From: a bacterium
Lineage (GTDB): Bacteria; Zhuqueibacterota; Zhuqueibacteria; Zhuqueibacterales; Zhuqueibacteraceae
Length of the DNA stretch: 24,773 bases
Direction of reading: 5' to 3'
Assembly: GCA_044869275.1 (NCBI GenBank)
Contig: JBIOXB010000167.1
Span: forward strand, 1 to 24,773
Below the pieces are notes generated by a model. The model did no database searches. It was not told the DNA's origin and saw only the letters and a program-made list of their open reading frames with translations. This document shows, piece by piece, positions 17,384 to 24,773 of the stretch. The first letter of the stretch is position 1, and the number at the start of each line of letters is the position of its first letter. The position numbers and the translations under genes were made by a program.

Positions 17384-20300
17384 ACGAAACGAAAGACTTT
17401 ATTTGCCTTGCTGGGGCTGTTTTCCGGCCTGAGGATGGCCGTCTCTGTTTTGGCGCAACAAGCTCCGGAATATCCCTATTCAAGTTTGACGACACCGCCG
17501 GCTTCGACTCCCGACCCAGGAACATGGGCATGGGAGCGTTCTCCCATTGAGGGTTTCGCCTGGCCTACGAGCGTGAAACAAGGCGAAACAGTCACGTTTT
17601 ATACCAGTGTCTTGAACCCGACGGCATATCCTTTATATCACATCAAAATCTATCGCATGGGCGAAAGTTCTCCCAAGATTACGCTCGGCCCTTTTACAAG
17701 CCATTTTTACCCGCTTCGTGCCGCCGATGGCTCCGATATTATTCCTCCGGATCAGTCGAAAAAGCCGGTGGACTTCAAATTAGGATGCATCCAACGGTGG
17801 GCGGGCAGCGCGCAATCCTATGCCATTCCCAATAATCCCACCACATGGCAGAGCGGCGTATATTATGCTCTCATGGAGTCTTATCCAGTTCCTAATATTG
17901 TGAATGCAGCGTACTTCGTCGTGCGGTCCGCCAACCCCGGCACCACCTCAAAGATATTGTACAAGTTTCCGATGACGACTTATCAAGCTTATACTTATTG
18001 GGGAGGCGGATCATTATACTCTTGCTCTCAGGATGTATCGCTGACACTTACGGACACAATTGCCGTGGACCGGCCGTGGCGGCCTGACTTTACCATAATT
18101 CGTTCGTATTCGGTGCACAAATACTTTATTGAATGGGCTGAAAGCAACGGCTATACGATGGAGTATTGCGACAATACCGATGTGGACAAAAATGAGGCTA
18201 ATTTTCTTTCCAACTACAAATCTGTCGTTCACGTCGGGCACGACGAATATTGGTCAGGAGCGTCCGCAATAACTCCTGGTGAAAGAGCAGGCACAGAAAA
18301 TTTCAGGAATGCAGGGGGAAATCTTGCCTTTTTTGCGGCCAATACTTGCTACTGGAGAATTTTCTGGATTGCTAATGCGCAAGGCGGCATTGACTATAAA
18401 CGATTGAAATGCAAGAAAGAAAAATGCGACGGCTCGGATGCTGAAGACGATCTGTGGCGTGAAGAGAGTGGCAGCACACCAGAAGCCTTTTTTATTGGCT
18501 CGCAATATCAAACCGGCTATGATCCGGTAAACATACCTGCACAGGTCACCAATGCAAGTCATTGGATCTTCAAGAACACCAGTCCCCCACTCCAAAATGG
18601 CAATCTCTTCGGATTGGGAGACAATCCCAATCATACCCGTGGTATTCTCGGCTCGGAAATCGACAATACCAATTATCTGGAATATTTGGAATTCCCATTT
18701 TTGAGTACTTTAGAAATCATTGCAAAGAGAACAGTATCCACCAAAGTACAGGAAGACCCCGACATTTATGTTAATATTGAGCATGAAGCAACATACTATG
18801 AAGATACGCAAAGCAATGCGCGTGTGTTCAATGCCGCCACTATTCAATGGGCGCGCGGCTTGGCGGAATACTACGATGTCAATGACGGGAACCGCATGAA
18901 GCAGATTACAGATAACATCGTGGCTCATTTCTCCTTTAAGAAGTACCTCGGTAAAATTTACGCTGATTTGATCTGGGGCAATGATGAAACTGCAATTCAG
19001 CTTGATGGCGATACTTTCATTCAGCCCGGAAAAGTTTTAACGCTGAGCAACAACTTCACACTTACAATAGATCCCGGCGTCACGCTCTACGTCGACGGCA
19101 CACTTTCCATCGCTGCGAGTGTCACTATAAAAGGTGGTGGTACAATCGTCACACGCGGCAGCGGCGTGATCAATGTGGCGAATAGTTCTACCGTTACAAT
19201 TCCCGCCGGCCAAAGTATCGTTCTTGGTGCAGGCAGCAATTGGAAATTCGGCAGCAGCGCCAAGCTGCTCGTGAACGGCAGCCTCTCGGCGGTTGGCACT
19301 TCGACCAGCCCGATTATTTTTGACCGCAGCGGCGCTTCGGGCACGTGGTACGCCATCTTGATCGAGAACTCTACTGCTGCTTCCAACTTTGACTATTGCA
19401 CGTTGCGATATGCCGCCAATGGGCTGGCTTCGCTTGAGATACGCTTCCGGCAATGTAACGGTCAATCATGCGACGCTCACCAACAACACCACGGGCAATT
19501 CGATGGGATTTATTGCCGAGTATTCCAGCCCATTCACGATTCAAAATTCCACCATCGAGAACAACTCATACGGCATCTATGTGGGTTCCTCTGCCGCTTC
19601 CGGCAACATGCTGATCTTGTCGAACACCATTCGCTACAACAGCTATCACGGCGTTTATTTGAATAACGGCGCCGACGCCTTTCTGGGCTATAACACCATC
19701 ACCAACAACTGCAGCAACAGCACGCAAGCCGGCGTGTATTGCATCAACAACAGCGACCCGTTCATGCGCAGTGCCGCGCCCGCGCCGGACTATGGCAACA
19801 ACTACATCCATCACAACAACGGCGCTGGCGTGAAGGCCGTCAACACGTCCTACCCTTCCCTGGGCATCGATTTTCAACTAGGATCCTTGAAAGACTACTA
19901 TGGCTACAACGAAAGCCACAGCAATGGCGGCTATGAAGTTGAAAATAGCAACGCCAGCGGCACCCTCATGGCCGAGCGCAACTATTGGTCTGCCGATCAT
20001 GAGGTGCAGGCTGAACCGAGTGATATTACTCTCAGAGTGGATTACACTCCCGTGCTGCCAGAAAACCCGAACATCGTGGCCGGCGGCAACGAGCGGTCTT
20101 TGCTCAAGAGTTCGATTGATTTTGAAGAAGCCCTTGCGTTGGAAAACCAAGGCGAGTTTCAAAGCGCGGCGGAATTATACCTCAAATTCTTGCAAGCCGA
20201 TCCTGATGCCGACAATGCCGGTTTTGGCGTGAGTGGCTTGATTCGCTGTTACAAAGCCATGGAGCGCCGCAAGGAGATTCCGGCGGAGATGGATCAATTC

Positions 20301-20939
20301 ATCAATGACTTCCCGCAAACCGCGCTGGCTGAAAGTGCGAAAGATCACAGCCTACCCTATCTTGTGCAATATGGAAATCACGAGACCGCATTATCGCGTG
20401 TGCTCGAGCTTCTGTCACAAAAGCGCAATGATGCCGAGGCGGAGCCCAGTCTCTTGTTCCAAACCGCCGGGATTTATCGCCTCAAAAGCGCAGGCCGGGC
20501 GGGCGAGGATTTTTCGAATGCGCAAAACACTCATCAAGAACTGATACAGAAATACCCTGATTCGGATTTTGCCTTTTTCGCGAGAATGGATTTGGAAGAA
20601 TTGGGCGGCAGCGGTTTGGGCAGGCTCGCAACAGGATCGAATCCCAATACTTTCTCGCAAAAAAACTTTGAGCTGAAAGCGAATTACCCCAACCCCTTCA
20701 ACCCGCAAACCGTGATTCGATTTCATCTCACAGAGGAACAACCGGTGCAATTGCGCATTTTCGACGCCGCGGGCCGCATGGTGCGAACGCTGGCAGAGAG
20801 AAACTACCCCAAAGGAGAATATACCATGACGTGGGACGGCAAGGATGATCGCGGCCTCGGGGTTGTGAGTGGCATTTATTTCTATAAGTTGATCGTTGGG
20901 AAACAAAGTCAAACCCGCAAGATGGTTTTGCTGCAATAG
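17384..20939 (+). pseudogene. Frameshifted T9SS cargo: N,N-dimethylformamidase large-subunit-like (DUF6605-type) domain, right-handed beta-helix, TPR-like region and FlgD-Ig/T9SS CTD
   Basis: ORFs 17408..19666 and 19389..20939 join in frame if one GGCT of GGCTGGCT (19422-19429) is removed, giving ...YAANGLRLRYASGNVT. Motifs YQAYTYWGGGSLY, GHDEYWS, GGNLAFFAANTCYW and VFNAATIQWARGL. In-frame ACG at 17384 after RBS AAGGAAAG opens a signal peptide. Confidence 0.8.
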
Positions 20940-20947
20940 GGCCATTT

Positions 20948-20982
20948 GGAATCGGGGCGGTCGCGCCGGCCGCCCCGATTCC
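20948..20982. terminator. GC-rich hairpin between convergent genes
   Basis: GGAATCGGGGCGGTCG / CGGCCGCCCCGATTCC 16-bp stem (one G-U) with a 3-nt loop, directly between the stops at 20939 and 20983. Confidence 0.75.
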
Positions 20983-21561
20983 CTAAAAACGCTTACGAGA
21001 AAATCCTTCGCATCCTTTCTTACCCTCCCCCAACTGTTCGATTTTCCAAATGCTGTCATAGCCTTCGATCATGAGATCGCCCGTATCATCCGGCGCGACG
21101 ATGCCCATTTCGCGCCAGCATGCTTTGGGCAATCCCGCCTTGATCAACAAATGCGGAATGTGATTCGAATGCGAAACCAACAATACCGCCTCATTCGGTT
21201 TATAGCGGCGTTGCAATTCCGCAAAAAACACTGACATGGCAGAAGTATCCCAACACGCCTCGGCAATTTGAACCTGCAGCCACAGCTTGTGCGCCAAGGG
21301 TTGAACCGTGTGCAGCGTACGCGTGGTCGGACTGCTGTAAATCGCTACCAGTGATCCTTTGTCAAATTGCGTGGCGAGTTTTTCTGCCCGTGCCATGCCT
21401 GCTGCACTGAGCGGATGATATTGATCCAAATCGTCACCGAGCCATTCCGGCACTTTCTCGGCGTGGCGCAAGATATAAACGGCCGGTTGCGCCCAAGCCC
21501 AACCCGCCTGCATCAACAAAGCGAGGCTCACAAGAAATCCCCGCCACACAGTTTCTCTCAT
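20983..21561 (-). CDS. Secreted histidine phosphatase family protein (phosphoglycerate mutase-like)
   Basis: YILRHAEK (RHG-type), IYSSPTTRTLHTVQP and LLVSHSN motifs. Signal peptide ..AWA|Q and GAGGAGG RBS. Confidence 0.92.
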   Translation of the reverse strand: MRETVWRGFLVSLALLMQAGWAWAQPAVYILRHAEKVPEWLGDDLDQYHPLSAAGMARAEKLATQFDKGSLVAIYSSPTTRTLHTVQPLAHKLWLQVQIAEACWDTSAMSVFFAELQRRYKPNEAVLLVSHSNHIPHLLIKAGLPKACWREMGIVAPDDTGDLMIEGYDSIWKIEQLGEGKKGCEGFSRKRF

Positions 21562-21614
21562 CTCAAAACCTCCTCAGTTTCATCACGCATTCTATGGCGT
21601 TTTCGTTTCTTCCT

Positions 21615-21656
21615 TCACGATCCACGATCTACAATCCACGATCCTCAATCTTCACC
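21615..21656. repeat. Heptamer tandem repeat (CCACGAT-like, 6 units)
   Basis: tcacgat ccacgat ctacaat ccacgat cctcaat cttcacc. Confidence 0.8.
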
Positions 21657-21686
21657 CTCTCACTCATCCCGAACAATTCGGTTCGC

Positions 21687-21715
21687 AATATAACCAACAC
21701 CCGCCCCCATGTCAA
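21687..21715 (-). promoter_or_regulatory. Sigma70 promoter for the histidine phosphatase gene
   Basis: TTGACA (21715-21710), 17-nt spacer, TATATT (21692-21687). Confidence 0.75.
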
Positions 21716-21738
21716 GCCGATGCATTCCAATCTTCCCC

Positions 21739-21767
21739 TTGCCTTTGCTGGCTTTGCTCGCTATTTT
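21739..21767 (+). promoter_or_regulatory. Sigma70 promoter for the PP2C/SpoIIE gene (back-to-back with the previous one)
   Basis: TTGCCT (21739-21744), 17-nt spacer, TATTTT (21762-21767). Confidence 0.6.
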
Positions 21768-21815
21768 GAAGCGCAAAATCCGAAAAAATTCTGATCACCT
21801 CTTTTGAGGAGGAGT

Positions 21816-24242
21816 ATGCAACCGCCCTTTGGCTGGAAACTCAAACCCGTGGTTTTCGCATTTTTCGGGCTGTTCGCGATGGCGGCCTATTTCTTTTTAT
21901 TTGCGCAATCCCGGCTCGGCCGGCTCATCGATTCCGAAAAAACCAAAGCTGAGCTTCTCGCGCAAGCCGAGGCGTTGTTGCGCGCCTCACCGGTGGGCGG
22001 CTACGAGCTTAAACGCGACATCGAGCTCAAGGTCGAAGAAGACCTCGCGCGTTACGTTCAACTCACGGCTAAAGAAAAAAATTCCTGGCCACTGCTGCCC
22101 TTGGGCAGATGGGAGTTTACTTGGCAAAACAAGGATGCTGCGCCTGCCGAAACCTCCGGCCCGGTACGGGTGAATCTCGAGGGCGAAAAGAAAGGCCTGG
22201 CGCTTTTCTCAGCAGAATATGATTTTACCGGAAAATTGGTTGGCATGCAGCTGCAATACCCCGGGCTCAAGGATTCGCTCAAGCTCAATGAGGCCCAGGC
22301 CAGGGCGCGCGCCGCAATTTTTCTGCGCGGGCTGCAGATCGACACCTCGGCTTTCACCCTTTCGCAAAAAAAAGCCACGGAAGAGGATCGGGTTTCCAAA
22401 TTCGAGTTCACCTTCACGCGCGTGGCGCCGTCTGCGCCGGAGCTCAAAGAAAATCTCACCATCGAAGTATCGCGGGACGAGGTCACGAATTACAAAGCCC
22501 GCGTCGAAGTTGATCCGGACAAATTCAAGCAGCCGAAAAGCGATAAGATCGGCGGCCTGGTGTTTTTGGTCGCCGCGGTCGTGACCTGGGTCACCATCTG
22601 TGCTTTTTTGCTCGTCATTCTATTCAAGCGCATCCGGCATGACGAGCTGGAATTCCAGCGCGCCTTTTGGATCGGCGGGCTGGGCGCGGTGCTCACCTGG
22701 GGCATCATCGCCGTGCAAAGCTATCCCGAATGGCAGGGCATTTTGCTCGGCGGCTTTTTCTCCGCGATTTTCGTCGGCGGCAGCCTGCTGCTATTGCACG
22801 CCGTGAGCGAATCCGTGGCGCGCGAGGTATGGCCGGAAAAACTCGAGCTCAGCGACCTGGCGTTTCGCGGCATTTTTCGCGTGCGCGAAATCGGCGCGGC
22901 CGTTTTTCATGCGTTCTTCCTTGCCGGCGCGAGCCTGCTGCTCTACGGCCTGGGGCTGTGGCTCGCCAGCCACCTCTCCTTCAGCTATTTTCACATTGAC
23001 AACGACAATCTTTGGCCGGTGGAAGAAAATCTCTCAACCATTACCGAATTGTTGGGAACCGTCGTGAACGTCGGCTTCGTCACGTTTTTATTCTTCTGTT
23101 TTTGGAGCACCTATTTGCGCGCCAAGATAAAATCCCACTACAAACTGATCGGCTTGCTCGTTTTGTCGTTCAGCTTGATGGGATTTAACCTGCATTACTT
23201 GCGGCCGGCATGGCTCGCTTACCTGTTCTTCGTGCCGGTGGCATGCCTGTGGGCGCGCACAGCTTATGAGCAGGACTTGCTGACGATATTGCTCGGCGTG
23301 CTGGTGTTTCTTCTGGTCTTCGATTTCTCCATCGCCGCGGTCGTGCCGAAAGGCCTGTTGAGCCTCCCGGCGCTGGCGACTTTTGGCGTGCTCGCGTTGC
23401 TGCTGGTCACGGGCGCGCTCTTATCCACCAGCGCCCGCACCGCGAAGGATTACGAAAACTACGTGCCGGCCTACGTCAGCCGCATTGCCGAACGCGAAAG
23501 ATTCTTGAAGGAATTGGAAATTGCTCGCAATGTGCAAATGCGTTTTCTGCCGGCGAGCGTGCCCAGCGTGCCGCGATTGGAGCTCGCCAGCATTTGCCGG
23601 CCCGCCATGGAGGTCGGCGGCGATTATTTCGATTTCATTCCGCACGATGGCAAAGCGCTTAGTGTTCTCATCGGCGACGTCTCCGGCAAGGGCGTGTCCG
23701 CCGCGTTTTACATGACTCTGGCGAAGGGCATCGTCAAAACGCTGGTGCGGAAAGCGCTTTCCCCCAAACAAGTGCTCGCGGAAATGAACGTGGTATTTTA
23801 TGAGAACTCCCCCAAGGAAGTTTTCATCAGCTTAATCTACGGCTATTTCGATTTGCAGCAAAATACCCTCACCTTCGCGCGCGCGGGACACAATCCGCTC
23901 ATCGTGCACAAAAGCGTCAGCGGCGCGCCGCAGTTGCTCAATCCCAAAGGCCTGGCCATCGGCATGGACGCCGGAGCCGTGTTTGCAAAAACCATTGAAG
24001 AAATGACCATGACCATCGCACCGGGAGATTTATTCGTCTTTTACACCGACGGGATTTCCGAGTGCATGAACAAGAACGGCGAGGAGTTTGGTGAAGACCG
24101 CCTGAGCGATTTCATCAGCCAAAACGCTCACGAACCCGCGCAAGCGCTGTTGGATAAAATCACGCAGGAAATTTCGCAGTATTCCACCGGCACGCTGCAG
24201 CATGATGATTTTACCATGGTGGTGGTGAAGGTGAGGGGTTGA
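21816..24242 (+). CDS. Multi-pass membrane PP2C/SpoIIE (RsbU-like) serine phosphatase
   Basis: N-terminal TM helix, ~200-aa extracytoplasmic domain and about ten TM helices. Then ELEIARNVQ, VGGDYFD, IGDVSGKG, ARAGHNP, FYTDGISE and QHDDFT. GAGGAGGAG RBS before ATG 21816. Confidence 0.95.
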   Translation: MQPPFGWKLKPVVFAFFGLFAMAAYFFLFAQSRLGRLIDSEKTKAELLAQAEALLRASPVGGYELKRDIELKVEEDLARYVQLTAKEKNSWPLLPLGRWEFTWQNKDAAPAETSGPVRVNLEGEKKGLALFSAEYDFTGKLVGMQLQYPGLKDSLKLNEAQARARAAIFLRGLQIDTSAFTLSQKKATEEDRVSKFEFTFTRVAPSAPELKENLTIEVSRDEVTNYKARVEVDPDKFKQPKSDKIGGLVFLVAAVVTWVTICAFLLVILFKRIRHDELEFQRAFWIGGLGAVLTWGIIAVQSYPEWQGILLGGFFSAIFVGGSLLLLHAVSESVAREVWPEKLELSDLAFRGIFRVREIGAAVFHAFFLAGASLLLYGLGLWLASHLSFSYFHIDNDNLWPVEENLSTITELLGTVVNVGFVTFLFFCFWSTYLRAKIKSHYKLIGLLVLSFSLMGFNLHYLRPAWLAYLFFVPVACLWARTAYEQDLLTILLGVLVFLLVFDFSIAAVVPKGLLSLPALATFGVLALLLVTGALLSTSARTAKDYENYVPAYVSRIAERERFLKELEIARNVQMRFLPASVPSVPRLELASICRPAMEVGGDYFDFIPHDGKALSVLIGDVSGKGVSAAFYMTLAKGIVKTLVRKALSPKQVLAEMNVVFYENSPKEVFISLIYGYFDLQQNTLTFARAGHNPLIVHKSVSGAPQLLNPKGLAIGMDAGAVFAKTIEEMTMTIAPGDLFVFYTDGISECMNKNGEEFGEDRLSDFISQNAHEPAQALLDKITQEISQYSTGTLQHDDFTMVVVKVRG

Positions 24243-24293
24243 GGGTTTGGGATTGTGGATTGTGGATCGAGGATAGAAGATTGAGGGTCGAGA
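24238..24293. repeat. Heptamer tandem repeat (ATTGTGG/ATCGAGG-like, 8 units) starting within the stop codon region
   Basis: gttgagg gtttggg attgtgg attgtgg atcgagg atagaag attgagg gtcgaga; reverse-complement family of the 21615-21656 array. Confidence 0.8.
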
Positions 24294-24311
24294 GTTGCCA
24301 AGGAACTCTAA

Positions 24312-24442
24312 CAGGTTGCTGAAAAACTCACAAATAACCCAAGATTGTCATTCCCGTGAAAGCGGGAATCCATGATTTCCTTGCATCTTTTTGGATGCCC
24401 GCCTTCGCGGGCATGACATGGAAAGAGTTTTTCAGCATCCTG
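24312..24442. mobile_element. MITE with 18-bp TIRs and CTAA target-site duplication, carrying a REP-like doublet
   Basis: CAGGTTGCTGAAAAACTC / GAGTTTTTCAGCATCCTG (17/18 inverted match), flanked by CTAA at 24308-24311 and 24443-24446. Internal TGTCATTCCCGTGAAAGCGGGAATCCA (24346-24372) and an inverted partner (24392-24418). Confidence 0.8.
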
Positions 24443-24576
24443 CTAAATGTCATTCAGAAGGAATGGCCATGTCCAGGTGGACACCCGATCATGATGGAAA
24501 TTTTGATTCTATTCGGGTGCATGAGTTGTTAGAGATTTCACGGCGATAAGTTTATACAAAATAGAGTGGTACAATA

Positions 24577-24669
24577 TGTATTTCCGTGGTAATCTTCCCA
24601 CGCACTGGCGAAAACGCTTTGTTCTAAGCGGTGAAACCTAGTACTTGGGAAGATTACCACGAAAATGCA
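24577..24669. repeat. Long inverted repeat / second MITE-like element
   Basis: ATTTCCGTGGTAATCTTCCCA (24580-24600) vs TGGGAAGATTACCACGAAAAT (24646-24666) is a 20/21 inverted match, with further imperfect pairing inside. Confidence 0.75.
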
Positions 24670-24701
24670 GTTTGCAAATTCATAAAACACTTCAGCATGC
24701 C

Positions 24702-24769
24702 GTCATTCCCGCGCAAGCGGGAATCCAGGGAGCACGAGGAACTTGGATTCCCGCTTTCGCGGGAATGAC
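24702..24769. repeat. REP-like palindrome doublet (ATTCCC-N8-GGGAAT core)
   Basis: GTCATTCCCGCGCAAGCGGGAATCCA (24702-24727) and inverted TGGATTCCCGCTTTCGCGGGAATGAC (24744-24769). Confidence 0.88.
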
Positions 24770-24773
24770 AGGT

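Noticed and set aside
24238..24773. CRISPR array
   Set aside because: The repeats are inverted pairs or 7-mers, not identical direct repeats with unique regular spacers, and no cas genes are present.

Overview
Bacterial chromosomal window, probably from the FCB superphylum. This is inferred from three Por/T9SS-type C-terminal sorting domains (N[YF]PNPFNP), Gln at +1 of the signal peptides and a GC-rich backbone; a KSB1/Calditrichota-like lineage is plausible but not provable here. The left ~4.2 kb is an AT-rich, island-like segment just downstream of an initiator tRNA-fMet. It carries a tightly packed minus-strand operon: a TIR-domain protein, an 832-aa protein with a possibly degenerate P-loop/STAND-like core, and a third gene running off the window. 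The two complete proteins share the same N-terminal CxxC-x9-CxxC zinc ribbon and a 24-aa ungapped RHIM-like motif (VRQSINSSGKSSNIQVGRDIKINI vs IKQRIDAKGGGNNTQVGHDLNVNI, 10/24 identical). This suggests an amyloid-signalling, TIR-effector defence system and is the main candidate novel system. The rest is backbone: an orphan receiver protein, an outer-membrane barrel, rnhA, an ECF sigma factor, an RNase II/R-family nuclease, three T9SS cargo genes, a secreted histidine phosphatase and a membrane PP2C/SpoIIE phosphatase. The third cargo gene has an ACG start and a 4-bp duplication frameshift. The window also has heptamer tandem arrays and a dense cluster of MITE/REP-like palindromes at the right end.
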